Counted from the stretch's first letter, positions 16,737 through 27,156 are shown. The stretch is 64,000 nucleotides of DNA from Christensenellaceae bacterium (GCA_045651465.1 JAZRSG010000027.1:679-64678), one strand, 5' to 3'. Numbers and translations are program-made. Notes: generated from the sequence alone by a model not told the origin.

Positions 16737-17966
16737 ATGAAACAAACGGGATTAACTTCAGCAAAAATCTTACTTCCAAAAACCAAAGATTTTTCTCGTT
16801 GGGCGTGTATTGCTTGCGATCAGTTTACAAGTGAAATTGAATATTGGAAACAACTTGAAGAATACGTGGGAGATGCGAAAAGTACGCTTAATTTGACGTT
16901 TCCGGAGATTTATCTTGATGATCAAACGGATAAGCGTATTAAAAACATCAACGAAAATATTAAAAAATACATAGAAGAAGGCGTGTTCTCGTCTAGTTAC
17001 GACGGTTTTATTTTAACCGTAAGATCAACGCCTTTCGTTAAAAGAAGAATAGGACTTGTCGGCGCGATTGATTTAGACGAGTATGAATATTCTTCTAAGA
17101 GTGACGCGCTCATAAGAGCAACCGAAGGCACGATAGAAGAGCGTATTCCGCCAAGACTTAAGATTAGAAAAGACGCGGACGTTGAATTTCCCCACGTTAT
17201 GGTTTTATTTGACGACGAAAAGAGGGAAATTAACGAAAAACTATACGAAAATCGTGATAGGTATGAAAAAGTATACGACTTTGATCTCAATATGGGTGGT
17301 GGAAGTATACAAGGATATTTTATTCCCAAGACCGAAGACCTTGAACAAAGGTTTGCAAAACTTTTAGATTCTACTAGATTGATTGAAAAATACGGTAGGG
17401 AAGATAATTTTGCCTTTGCGGTAGGCGACGGAAACCATTCTCTAGCCACGGCAAAAACGCATTGGAACAACCTTAAAAAGACGCTTTCTGAAAAAGAAAG
17501 GGAGAATCACCCCGCAAGATACGCTTTAGTTGAGTTTGTTAATATCTACGACGAAGGAATTTATTTTGAGCCCATTTTCAGGTTTGTGTTTGGAGTGGAT
17601 AAAGAAAAATTCATACAAGGTCTAAAAGAAATAGACGGCGGAATTATGCGCGTTTACGATGGAAGCAAAGAGCAAAAATATCAAGGAGAAAATACTCTTC
17701 CCGATGGGATAAAAAGCGTTGATAAATACGTTAAAGAATACCTTGATAAAAATGGTGGAACGGTCGACTATATTCACGGTGAGGAAAACTTATTTAAGCT
17801 CGTTTCTTCTAGAGACGACGCGGTCGGCGTTTTATTTGAAAAACTTGATAAAAAAGACTTGTTTAAGTACGTTTCAAGCGTTGGGGCTTTCCCTAGAAAG
17901 ACGTTCTCAATGGGCGAAGGCGTAGAAAAGAGATATTACCTAGAAGGAAGAAGGATTACGAAATGA
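16737..17966 (+). CDS. DUF1015 family protein
   Basis: 409 aa with GDGNHSLATAKTHW-type motif. Its stop overlaps the aspartate kinase start (ATGA). Confidence 0.65.
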   Translation: MKQTGLTSAKILLPKTKDFSRWACIACDQFTSEIEYWKQLEEYVGDAKSTLNLTFPEIYLDDQTDKRIKNINENIKKYIEEGVFSSSYDGFILTVRSTPFVKRRIGLVGAIDLDEYEYSSKSDALIRATEGTIEERIPPRLKIRKDADVEFPHVMVLFDDEKREINEKLYENRDRYEKVYDFDLNMGGGSIQGYFIPKTEDLEQRFAKLLDSTRLIEKYGREDNFAFAVGDGNHSLATAKTHWNNLKKTLSEKERENHPARYALVEFVNIYDEGIYFEPIFRFVFGVDKEKFIQGLKEIDGGIMRVYDGSKEQKYQGENTLPDGIKSVDKYVKEYLDKNGGTVDYIHGEENLFKLVSSRDDAVGVLFEKLDKKDLFKYVSSVGAFPRKTFSMGEGVEKRYYLEGRRITK

Positions 17967-19285
17967 TTAAAGTATGTAAATTCGGCGGAACGTCAATGGC
18001 AGACGCTAACGCCTTAAGAAAAGTTAAAGACATTATATTAAGTGATGAAGATAGAAGATTTATCGTCGTATCTGCACCGGGCAAAAGAAACAAATCGGAT
18101 ATAAAGATTACCGATATGTTATATCGTTGCAATGAAGAGGCGATAAAAGATGGAACGTGCAAAAAAAGTTTTGCGTTAATTCGTGATAGATTCGTTGAAC
18201 TCGTAAAAGATTTAGGTCTTAATTTAGATATCGTCGCTATTCTTGATGAAACGGAAAAGAAAATAGACGAACTTAAGAATGCGGATTTTGCGGCGTCAAG
18301 AGGCGAATATTTAAGTGCTAGAGTTATGAGCGAATTCTTGGGCTTTGAATTTGTTGATGCGGCGGATATGGTTAGATTTGATAGCCATGGAAACCTTAAT
18401 GCGGATTATACCGACGATAAGGTTGCAAGTAAGTTAAAAAACGTTAAAAACGCCGTTATTCCTGGATTTTACGGTAAAGACTTCCAAGGAAATATTAAAA
18501 CGTTTAGCCGTGGTGGAAGCGATATTACAGGCTCTATAATCGCGAGAGGCGTTAAGGCTGATTTGTATGAAAACTGGACGGACGTTAGCGGATTCTTAAT
18601 GTGTGATCCTAGAATCGTTCCCGAGGCGAAAACTATCAACCAAATTACTTATAAAGAACTTCGCGAACTATCTTATATGGGAGCGTCGGTTCTTCACTCG
18701 GAAGCAATTTTCCCCGTAATGAGAAGAAAAATTCCGATCAATATTAAAAACACGTTTAGACCTAGTGATGCGGGAACTATGATCGTTCCAAACGAAAGAT
18801 ACGATACGGACGTAAATAACGTTGTTACGGGTATCGCGGGCAAAAAAGACTTTACGGTTATTTTTGTAGAAAAGTCATTAATGAATGCGGAAGTTGGCTT
18901 TATTCGTCGTGTTTTATCGGTTGTAGAACATTACGGAATTTGTGTTGAACATATTCCCAGTGGCGTTGATACGTTATCTATCGTTCTCAATTCCGATCAA
19001 CTCAAAAACGGGGTGCTTGAAGACCTTGTAAATGAGATAAGAGAAAGCGTAAATCCCGATTACGTTCACGTGATTGAAAACGTTTCTTTAATCGCAACGG
19101 TTGGCCACGGTATGGCAAGACGTTTAGGAACTGCTGCGACCTTGTTTAACGCTCTAGCAAACGCTGGAATTAATATTAAAATGATCGACCAGGGATCGAG
19201 CGAACTTAACATTATCGTTGGTGTTTCTAACGCCGATTATGAGAGATGTATTAAGGCGATTTACGCGGCGTTCGTAAGAGAGTAA
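17963..19285 (+). CDS. aspartate kinase
   Basis: KFGGTS N-terminus, amino-acid kinase fold, two C-terminal ACT-like regions. Confidence 0.9.
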   Translation: MIKVCKFGGTSMADANALRKVKDIILSDEDRRFIVVSAPGKRNKSDIKITDMLYRCNEEAIKDGTCKKSFALIRDRFVELVKDLGLNLDIVAILDETEKKIDELKNADFAASRGEYLSARVMSEFLGFEFVDAADMVRFDSHGNLNADYTDDKVASKLKNVKNAVIPGFYGKDFQGNIKTFSRGGSDITGSIIARGVKADLYENWTDVSGFLMCDPRIVPEAKTINQITYKELRELSYMGASVLHSEAIFPVMRRKIPINIKNTFRPSDAGTMIVPNERYDTDVNNVVTGIAGKKDFTVIFVEKSLMNAEVGFIRRVLSVVEHYGICVEHIPSGVDTLSIVLNSDQLKNGVLEDLVNEIRESVNPDYVHVIENVSLIATVGHGMARRLGTAATLFNALANAGINIKMIDQGSSELNIIVGVSNADYERCIKAIYAAFVRE

Positions 19286-19447
19286 TAATAAACGTATTTT
19301 GCGCGGTGTCTTATTGTGTAAAATATAAATATAATTTTATAAACAATAAAATTTAAAAAAGTGTATAATAAATATGTAAGGTTTATTGTACGCTTTTTTT
19401 GTTGCAAATTTATATTTTACATACGTTGTTTATTTTGGGGGAAACTT

Positions 19448-20629
19448 ATGGATTACGCAAAAGAATCGCTTCGCTTACATGGAGAATGGAAGGGTAAGAT
19501 TGAAGTAGTATCAAAGATTAAACTAGAAGACAAGGAAGATTTATCTTTAGCGTATACTCCGGGCGTAGCAGCGCCTTGTTTGGAAATTCAAAAAGATTAT
19601 AATAAGTCTTTTTCGCTTACCGCAAGGGGTAATACCGTTGCCGTTATAACGGACGGAACTGCAGTTTTGGGATTAGGGGATATAGGTCCTGAGGCGGGAA
19701 TGCCCGTTATGGAAGGAAAATGTGTTTTATTTAAGACTTTTGGGGGAGTGGACGCTATTCCACTTTGCGTTAGAAGCAAGAGCGTTGATGAAATCGTAAA
19801 CGCGATTAAGCTTTTTGCGGGAAGTTTTGGTGGCGTCAACTTAGAAGATATTTCCGCTCCTCGTTGCTTTGAAATTGAGAGAAGATTAAAAGAAGATCCC
19901 GAAGTTGATATACCTATTTTCCACGATGATCAACACGGAACGGCAATTGTGTGTACGGCTGCTTGTATTAATGCGTTAAAGCTCGTTGGCAAGAAGTGGG
20001 AAGATATCAATATCGTGATAAATGGCGCAGGCGCAGCAGGTGAGGCGATTGCAAAATTATTGCTTTTAATGGGCGCTAAGGACGTTGTTATGTGCGATAG
20101 AAAAGGAATAATTTATCGTGGCAGAACTGAGGGTATGAACTCCGAAAAAGAGAAGATTGCGGAGTTTACTAATAAGAGCCTCAAAAAGGGTACTTTAAGC
20201 GACGCGGTTGTTGGCGCTGACGTGTTTATAGGGGTAAGTTCTCCGGGAGTTTTAAGTATGGAAATGGTTAAGACTATGAACGATAAACCCATAGTATTTC
20301 CCATGGCAAATCCAATTCCCGAAATTATGCCAGAAGACGCTATTAAAGCGGGTGCGATGGTCGTAGGTACGGGTAGAAGTGATTATCCCAATCAAATAAA
20401 TAACGTGTTGGCTTTCCCTGGTCTTTTCCGTGGTGCACTTGACTGCATGGCAAGAGATATCAACGAAGAAATGAATATTGCGGCTGCAAAAGCCATAGCG
20501 TCGTTAGTTAGTGAAGAAGAACTTTGCGCTGAATATATTATTCCTAATCCGTTTGATAAAAGAGTTGCAAAAATCGTTGCTACGGCAGTAAAAGAGGCGG
20601 CAATCAGGACGGGCGTTAATAGAAAATAG
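19448..20629 (+). CDS. NAD(P)-dependent malic enzyme
   Basis: LAYTPGVA, DGTAVLGLGDIG and NGAGAAG motifs. Start set at the ATG at 19448; the upstream ORF extension is low complexity. Confidence 0.9.
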   Translation: MDYAKESLRLHGEWKGKIEVVSKIKLEDKEDLSLAYTPGVAAPCLEIQKDYNKSFSLTARGNTVAVITDGTAVLGLGDIGPEAGMPVMEGKCVLFKTFGGVDAIPLCVRSKSVDEIVNAIKLFAGSFGGVNLEDISAPRCFEIERRLKEDPEVDIPIFHDDQHGTAIVCTAACINALKLVGKKWEDINIVINGAGAAGEAIAKLLLLMGAKDVVMCDRKGIIYRGRTEGMNSEKEKIAEFTNKSLKKGTLSDAVVGADVFIGVSSPGVLSMEMVKTMNDKPIVFPMANPIPEIMPEDAIKAGAMVVGTGRSDYPNQINNVLAFPGLFRGALDCMARDINEEMNIAAAKAIASLVSEEELCAEYIIPNPFDKRVAKIVATAVKEAAIRTGVNRK

Positions 20630-20736
20630 AAAGGATCTCAAAATTTGAAAAAGTATGTGTAAAACCTTGCTTTTTTAAAATAAAAACGATATAATATCTA
20701 ATGCTAGAGAGATTTGGCGTTAGATATTTTAATATT

Positions 20737-20812
20737 CGGGGTGTAGCGCAGTTGGTAGCGCGCTTGGTTCGGGACCAAGAGGTCGCATGTTCAAATCATG
20801 TCACTCCGACCA
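20737..20812 (+). tRNA. tRNA-Pro (anticodon CGG)
   Basis: Acceptor CGGGGTG/CACTCCG, anticodon arm CTTGG-TTCGGGA-CCAAG, T-arm GCATG-TTCAAAT-CATGT, encoded CCA. Confidence 0.92.
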
Positions 20813-20844
20813 AACGAAAAGACGGGTATTTTGCCCGTCTTTTT
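20771..20844 (+). repeat. direct repeat copy 1 (3-prime half of tRNA-Pro plus terminator)
   Basis: Identical 74-mer recurs at 21003-21076. Confidence 0.95.
20821..20844 (+). terminator. terminator of tRNA-Pro(CGG)
   Basis: GACGGG/CCCGTC stem followed by T5. Confidence 0.7.
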
Positions 20845-21002
20845 GTTTGTGTTTAGATGATTTATATTGAAAGTCCCGAACCAACAAAAAGGGCTCCCGA
20901 AAATAATTTTGCTTTGCAAAAGAATTTTTGGGAAGAGGAGAAAGAACGGAGCGACATTAGACTTTTTGGAAAAAAGTTGTGTGGCGAAGTTTATTTCGAC
21001 GA

Positions 21003-21076
21003 GGGACCAAGAGGTCGCATGTTCAAATCATGTCACTCCGACCAAACGAAAAGACGGGTATTTTGCCCGTCTTTTT
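21003..21076 (+). repeat. direct repeat copy 2: orphan 3-prime half of tRNA-Pro(CGG) plus terminator
   Basis: 74/74 identity to 20771-20844. No matching 5-prime tRNA half upstream. Confidence 0.95.
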
Positions 21077-21235
21077 TTGTCGCTTTAATTAAGGTTTTTA
21101 TTTAAAAAAATAAAAAACGTATTGACAAAAGAGATATGATAAGGTATCATAATAATATGTTGAATTTTGGTGTTTTTTATCGAAATTTTACTTAAATAAA
21201 AAAATTTTTATTAACCCTAGGAGGAAAAAGAATTT

Positions 21236-22840
21236 ATGGTTGGTACTTTTTGGGCGTTCGTGCCTGCGATAGTGGCAATCGTGCTTGCATTAATTACCAA
21301 GCACGTTTATATCTCACTATTCATAGGTATTTTCACGGGCGCAATGTTCTATATGGGAGGTGATCCCATTAGAGCAATATTAGAACTCTTTAACGTTATG
21401 AGTATTAAGGTTGGCGAAAACGTTCCTATTATCGTTTTCTTAGTTGTTTTAGGAATATTCGTTATTCTTATGCAAAGATCGGGTGGCGCTCTTGCTTATG
21501 GTAAGTGGGCAGAAAAAAAGGTTAAGACTAAACGTGGCGTTTTAGGTATGACAGCAGGTCTTGGTTGTCTTATTTTTATGGACGACTATTTTAACTGCTT
21601 AACCGTTGGTTCGGTTATGAGACCTTTAACGGACAAACATAAAGTTTCTCGTTCAAAGCTTGCATATTTAATCGACTCTACGGCTGCTCCCATATGTATT
21701 ATTGCTCCCATTTCAAGTTGGGCTGCTGCAGTAGGTAGTAATCTTTCGGGCGACAATAGTATTATCACGTTCATAAAAACTATTCCCTTCAACGTGTATG
21801 CTCTTTTAACCATCATAATGGTTTTCGTGTTTATTATCTTCAAGATTGATTTCGGTAAAATGCGTAAAGATATGCGTTATGCAGAAAAAACGGGCGACGT
21901 TAATGCGGGATTAGGAGATTTGGAAGGCGAAAAGACCGAAATGCAAGTAAATTCAAAGGGTAGAGTATTACACTTGCTTTTCCCTGTAATTATCTTAATC
22001 GCATTTTGTATTGGCTCTATGATTTATTCTGGCTATTTCTACGATTGGAATACCTATACGTATGGAACGGTTCCACAATCATCAAACGTTATAGAAGCAT
22101 TTTCAAATTGTGACGCTGGATCTTCGTTAGCGCTTGGTTCTACTTTGGCGCTCATTGTAACGTGTATTTACTATGCTTGCACGAGGGCTATTTCCTTTAA
22201 GGATATGATGGAAAGTATTCCTCAAGGCTTTAAGGTTATGGTTCCTGCAATTTTAATACTCGTATTTGCTTGGACTATTTCTGGTATTATGGGCGCAAAG
22301 GGTGGCGGACTTGACGCTAAAGCCTTTGTTGAAAACACCATTAAAGGAAGTAACTTCCCAGTTGCATTATTCCCTGCAATATTCTGTATTTTAGCTGGTG
22401 CAATCGCTTTCTCAACCGGTACTTCATGGGGAACGTTCGGCGTTCTAGTTCCTCTCGCGGTTACGCTACTTGGTGGAACTGAAAATGAATCAACCCTTAT
22501 GATTATGACTGTATCTGCAACCCTTGGTGGCGCGGTATTCGGCGATCACGTTTCTCCGATTTCTGATACCACGATTTTAGCCTCTGCGGGTGCAAACTCA
22601 GATCACGTTAACCACGTTAAAACGCAATTACCTTACGCGATATTAGTAATGAGTATTGCCGTAATTAGCTATCTCATAGCAGGATTCTTGGCTACGTCGG
22701 CTATAAACGGTTGGTTAGTATGCTTAATCATGTGGGCTATCGTTGCAGTACTTTTCGTTGGCGCGCTTTTCGGTATTAAATACTTAAACAAGAGAGAAGA
22801 CAGGAAAGAAGCAATTGATGATCAAAAAGCTAGCGAATAA
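21236..22840 (+). CDS. nhaC: Na+/H+ antiporter NhaC family protein
   Basis: 534-aa polytopic membrane protein with NhaC-family-like sequence. GGAGG RBS. Confidence 0.8.
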   Translation: MVGTFWAFVPAIVAIVLALITKHVYISLFIGIFTGAMFYMGGDPIRAILELFNVMSIKVGENVPIIVFLVVLGIFVILMQRSGGALAYGKWAEKKVKTKRGVLGMTAGLGCLIFMDDYFNCLTVGSVMRPLTDKHKVSRSKLAYLIDSTAAPICIIAPISSWAAAVGSNLSGDNSIITFIKTIPFNVYALLTIIMVFVFIIFKIDFGKMRKDMRYAEKTGDVNAGLGDLEGEKTEMQVNSKGRVLHLLFPVIILIAFCIGSMIYSGYFYDWNTYTYGTVPQSSNVIEAFSNCDAGSSLALGSTLALIVTCIYYACTRAISFKDMMESIPQGFKVMVPAILILVFAWTISGIMGAKGGGLDAKAFVENTIKGSNFPVALFPAIFCILAGAIAFSTGTSWGTFGVLVPLAVTLLGGTENESTLMIMTVSATLGGAVFGDHVSPISDTTILASAGANSDHVNHVKTQLPYAILVMSIAVISYLIAGFLATSAINGWLVCLIMWAIVAVLFVGALFGIKYLNKREDRKEAIDDQKASE

Positions 22841-22860
22841 TAAAAAATAATAATCATAAA

Positions 22861-22888
22861 CCACCGAAAGAAATTTCGGTGGTTTTTT
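22861..22888 (+). terminator. rho-independent terminator
   Basis: CCACCGAAA/TTTCGGTGG stem followed by T6. Confidence 0.75.
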
Positions 22889-22958
22889 ATTATTCTATAT
22901 TGTATAATTTACACGTGCGTGATATAATTAAGTGAGTAAAAATCAATAAAGGTGAATT

Positions 22959-24128
22959 ATGTTAGATTTTATTTATAACACTCCAACAAAAGTTTATTTT
23001 GGCAAAGGCAAGGAAAGTGAGGTTGGCAAAATTATAAGCGAACTTGGATACAAAAAAATCATGCTACAATACGGCGGTGGCAGTATTAAGAAAAATGGTG
23101 TTTACGACACCGTGATGACTTCTCTTAAAGATAGCGATATAGTAGTAGTTGAAATGGGTGGAGTAGAACCTAACCCGAAACTAAGCTTTATAAGAGATGC
23201 GATAAAAGTGGCTAAAGATGAAAAGGTTGAATTCATTTTAGCAGTTGGCGGGGGGAGCGTTATAGACTCTTGTAAATATACCGCACTTGGTGCTAAAACT
23301 GATATAGACGTTTGGGAGTTTTCTATGGGAAGAAGCAAGCCCGTAGAAGCTTTGCCTGTCGGTTGTATTTTAACCATATCGGCAGCCGGCAGTGAAATGA
23401 GTAATTCGGCAGTCGTTACAAATACAGATTTAAACATGAAAAAAGGAGCGACGACCGAACTCAATAGATGTAAATTTGCGATATGTAATCCCGAACTTAC
23501 GTACACGGTGGATAAGTATCAAACGGCGTGCGGAATCGTGGATATAATGGCGCATACTATGGAAAGATATTTTACAGTGTGTGATGACGTGGATTTAACT
23601 GATAGGATTGCCGAAAGTTTATTAAAATCGGTTGTTTTGGCGGGCAAAACGGCTATCGCTTGCCCTGAAGATTACGATGCAAGGGCAACGCTTATGTGGG
23701 CGTCTAGTTTGTCTCATAACGGTTTAACTTCGTGTGGTAGAGAAAACTATCTTGCCGTTCATCAATTAGAACACGCGCTAAGCGGAGAGTTTGATAGCGT
23801 TGCGCACGGTGCGGGGCTTGCCGTTTTATTTCCTGCTTGGGCGAGATACGTTTATAAGAAAAACGTTAAAAGATTTGCACAGTTTGCTCGTCGTGTTTGG
23901 GACGTTTGTAGTGACGACGACGATATTGCGGCAAAAGAGGGTATTGATGCAATGTCTGATTATTTTGAGTCTTTAGGAATGCCTACCAAATTGTCCGATT
24001 TTGGAGTCTGTGAAGAAAGTTTAGAAAAACTCGCTATGCTTTGTACTTTCAATAAAACAAGAACGATCAAAAGTTACAAGACGCTAGGATTTGACGAGAT
24101 AGAGGAAATATTTAAGAGCTGTTTGTAA
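22959..24128 (+). CDS. iron-containing alcohol dehydrogenase (butanol dehydrogenase / YqhD-like)
   Basis: GGGSVIDSCK nucleotide motif and His-rich metal site (HTMER, HQLEH, AHG). Confidence 0.85.
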   Translation: MLDFIYNTPTKVYFGKGKESEVGKIISELGYKKIMLQYGGGSIKKNGVYDTVMTSLKDSDIVVVEMGGVEPNPKLSFIRDAIKVAKDEKVEFILAVGGGSVIDSCKYTALGAKTDIDVWEFSMGRSKPVEALPVGCILTISAAGSEMSNSAVVTNTDLNMKKGATTELNRCKFAICNPELTYTVDKYQTACGIVDIMAHTMERYFTVCDDVDLTDRIAESLLKSVVLAGKTAIACPEDYDARATLMWASSLSHNGLTSCGRENYLAVHQLEHALSGEFDSVAHGAGLAVLFPAWARYVYKKNVKRFAQFARRVWDVCSDDDDIAAKEGIDAMSDYFESLGMPTKLSDFGVCEESLEKLAMLCTFNKTRTIKSYKTLGFDEIEEIFKSCL

Positions 24129-24129
24129 T

Positions 24130-24690
24130 ATGAGAGTAATATTGGCAAGTAAATCACCAAGAAGAGAGCAACTCCTTAAAGAATATCTTCCTAATTTTGA
24201 AATAATAGTGAGTGATTATGAAGAGACGGATTGTTATTCAGATCCTATTAAGACGGCAATAGAATATTCAATAGGAAAGGCAAAAAGCGTTTTTGATGGA
24301 CTGGAAGATAAGTCGAACGTTGTCGTAATTGGTTCTGACACGGTCGTTTATAGTGATGGCAAGATTTTGGGAAAAGCAAAAGATAAAGAGCAAGCCAAAT
24401 CTATGCTTAAGAGTTTATCAAATAAAACTCACAAAGTTATAAGTGGCTATTCAATTATAACTGAAAGTAAAACGTTTAACGGCTACGATTTAACACTAGT
24501 CACCTTTAACGATCTTTCAAGTAGTGATATCGATAAATATATAGGGAGTGGAAACTACGTTGGAAAGGCAGGTGCTTATGGTATTCAAGATGGATTTAAT
24601 TTGGTAAAAGAATATAAGGGAAGCCTTAATAACGTTATAGGATTTCCCACCGAGAAAATATTCAAAATTCTGGACGAAATATTAAAATAA
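24130..24690 (+). CDS. maf: Maf family nucleoside triphosphate pyrophosphatase
   Basis: ILASKSPRR N-terminus, GSDTVV and GKAGAYGIQ motifs. Confidence 0.88.
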   Translation: MRVILASKSPRREQLLKEYLPNFEIIVSDYEETDCYSDPIKTAIEYSIGKAKSVFDGLEDKSNVVVIGSDTVVYSDGKILGKAKDKEQAKSMLKSLSNKTHKVISGYSIITESKTFNGYDLTLVTFNDLSSSDIDKYIGSGNYVGKAGAYGIQDGFNLVKEYKGSLNNVIGFPTEKIFKILDEILK

Positions 24691-24698
24691 TAAAAAAA

Positions 24699-24722
24699 GC
24701 GACTTAACCTAAGTTAAGTCGC
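24699..24722. terminator. bidirectional terminator between maf and serA
   Basis: GCGACTTAAC/GTTAAGTCGC stem flanked by A- and T-runs. Confidence 0.7.
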
Positions 24723-24739
24723 TTTAACTTTTTTAATTA

Positions 24740-25906
24740 TTAACCGATTGCTCTAACTTTAATAATACCGTCAACGTTTGAAATGTGAGAAATAGCTTCG
24801 TCTGGGACTTTCTTTTCTACGTCTAAAATCGTTACGGCGTAGTCGCCTCTACTTTGGTTGGTAAGGTTGCTAATATTGATTCCTTCTTTACCAACTGCAC
24901 CGGTGATTTGAGCTAGAATATTAGTAACGTTTTTATGTAAAATAACTAGTCTTGAATCGGTGGTTCTAGGCATTGAGCAAGAGGGGAAGTTTACACTATT
25001 TACGATATTACCGTTTTCGATATAATCGATAAGTTCGTTTGCTGCCATTATTGCGCAGTTTTCTTCAGCCTCTTCAGTAGATGCGCCAAGGTGGGGGATA
25101 CAAATAACGTTTTTAACGCCGATAAGTTCGTCTGAAGGGAAGTCGCAAACGTATTTTGCAACCTTTCCGTTTTCAGTGGCTTTAACGATATCCGTATTGC
25201 TTACGATTTCGCCACGAGCACAGTTAATGATAATAACGCCGTCTTTCATTTTCTTAATAAGACCAGCATTGATTAAATCTTTGTTTTGAGCGGGAATATA
25301 AGGGATGTGAATAGTAATAAAATCACAATTCTTTGCTATATCGGTAAGATCCTTAACGATAGAGATGCTTGAAGAAAGTTTTAACGCGTTATTAACTGAT
25401 AAGAACGGGTCGTAACCATAAACCTTCATGCCGAGATCAATAGCTGCGTTAGCAACGAGAGCGCCGATTGCGCCAAGACCAATGACACCGAGTTTTTTGC
25501 CTTTAATTTCGTTGCCGGCAAACATTGCTTTGCCTTTTTCAACGAGTTTACCAACTTCCTCGCCTTTACCTTTGAGGTCTTTTACCCAGTCGATAGCGCT
25601 TACGACGTTTCTAGAACTGATAAAAAGGCTTGCTAAAACGAGTTCTTTAACTGCGTTAGCGTTTGCTCCGGGGGTATTGAAAACTACGACACCTTGTTTT
25701 GCGTATTCTTCTACGGGGATATTGTTAGTGCCTGCACCCGCTCTTGCGATGGCGATAGTATTTTTGTCGAGAGTATAGTCGTGCATCTTAAAGCTACGAA
25801 GCATGATGCCAACAGGACTTTCAACGTCGCTTGCTACGTTATAAGTAGAATCGAAAATGTCGTTAATAACGGGGCTAATAGCGTTAAGCGTGAGAATATT
25901 TTTCAT
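24740..25906 (-). CDS. serA: D-3-phosphoglycerate dehydrogenase with C-terminal ACT domain
   Basis: GLGAIG NAD motif, 2-hydroxyacid dehydrogenase catalytic region, ACT-like tail. Adjacent to serC. Confidence 0.88.
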   Translation of the reverse strand: MKNILTLNAISPVINDIFDSTYNVASDVESPVGIMLRSFKMHDYTLDKNTIAIARAGAGTNNIPVEEYAKQGVVVFNTPGANANAVKELVLASLFISSRNVVSAIDWVKDLKGKGEEVGKLVEKGKAMFAGNEIKGKKLGVIGLGAIGALVANAAIDLGMKVYGYDPFLSVNNALKLSSSISIVKDLTDIAKNCDFITIHIPYIPAQNKDLINAGLIKKMKDGVIIINCARGEIVSNTDIVKATENGKVAKYVCDFPSDELIGVKNVICIPHLGASTEEAEENCAIMAANELIDYIENGNIVNSVNFPSCSMPRTTDSRLVILHKNVTNILAQITGAVGKEGINISNLTNQSRGDYAVTILDVEKKVPDEAISHISNVDGIIKVRAIG

Positions 25907-26980
25907 CTATTTGTTCTCCATTTGGAATTTTTTCATAAATTCGATAAGAGCCTTAACACCTTCAACGGGCATAGCGTTGTAGATTGATGCTCTCATACCG
26001 CCTGCAAGTCTATGTCCCTTAAGAGAAACTAAACCTGCTTTACTTGCTTCAGAAATAAACTTTGCGTCGAGTTCTTCATTCGGGGTGATAAAGGGAACGT
26101 TCATGATAGAACGGTCTTTTTTATTAACCTTGTTAGTATAGAAATTTGAATTGTCGATAAAGTCGTAAAGCATAGCGGCTTTTTCTTCGTTGATCTTTTG
26201 AATTGCTTTTACACCGCCGAGTTCCTTAAGCCATCTAAATACCAATAAAGACATATAAATGGGGAAACAGGGGGGAGTATTGTATAAACTATCGTTTTTA
26301 TCTTGAACGGCATAATTAAGCATTACGGGGCAAATAGGAGAAGCATTTCCCAATAAGTCCTTTCTAACGATAACGATGGTAACGCCTGCGGGTGCAATGT
26401 TTTTTTGCGCGCCTGCATAGATAAGACCAAACTTAGAAACGTCAATTTCTTCACTTAAAATGCAAGAACTCATATCGGTAACTAGGGTTGCATCCGTTTT
26501 GGGAAGAGAAGTAAACCTCGTGCCGAAGATGGTGTTGTTGTAAGTGGTGTGAACGAAATCGATGCCGTCACGGAATTTGATAGAATCCATGTCAGGGATA
26601 TAGGTATAGGTAGCGTCTTTAGAAGATGCTGCGATAGCCATATCGCCGTATTTAGTACCTTCTTCATAAGCCTTTTGAGCGAAGTTACCGGTAACGATAT
26701 AGTCTGCTTTACCGTTCTTTAAAAGGTTGAGGGGTACTGCAGCGAATTGTTGAGTTGCTCCACCTTGAACGAATAAAACGGAGTAGTTATCAGGGATATT
26801 CATAAGTTCGCGAAGTAGTGCGTTCGCCTCGTCGTTAACTGCCATAAAAGGCTTACTGCGGTGGCTCATTTCAGTGATGCTCATACCCGTGCCTTGGAAA
26901 TCTAAAAGCTCTTTTTGGGCTTGCTCTAAAACGGGCAAGGGAAGAGTTGACGGACCTGCTGCAAAGTTATAAACTCTCAT
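25907..26980 (-). CDS. serC: phosphoserine aminotransferase
   Basis: NFAAGPSTLP N-terminus and class V aminotransferase features. 357 aa. Confidence 0.9.
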   Translation of the reverse strand: MRVYNFAAGPSTLPLPVLEQAQKELLDFQGTGMSITEMSHRSKPFMAVNDEANALLRELMNIPDNYSVLFVQGGATQQFAAVPLNLLKNGKADYIVTGNFAQKAYEEGTKYGDMAIAASSKDATYTYIPDMDSIKFRDGIDFVHTTYNNTIFGTRFTSLPKTDATLVTDMSSCILSEEIDVSKFGLIYAGAQKNIAPAGVTIVIVRKDLLGNASPICPVMLNYAVQDKNDSLYNTPPCFPIYMSLLVFRWLKELGGVKAIQKINEEKAAMLYDFIDNSNFYTNKVNKKDRSIMNVPFITPNEELDAKFISEASKAGLVSLKGHRLAGGMRASIYNAMPVEGVKALIEFMKKFQMENK

Positions 26981-27156
26981 GTATGTTCTCCTTTCGAAAA
27001 GTTAATTTACAATTATTTTATATATTATACTCTTATGCGACTTTTTTTTCAAGCAAAATAAAGCACTAAAGAGCAAATTATTTGTTAGGGAATTAAATAC
27101 TGTTTACAATTTTTCAAAAAAAGTGTATAATAAGAAAAATTAAATTAAACTTTTAG

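Noticed and set aside
20857-21105. Two overlapping track ORFs (82 aa and 73 aa) between the tRNA-Pro repeats.
   Set aside because: Both read through the duplicated tRNA 3-prime half and terminator. They have no RBS, and their composition is arbitrary.
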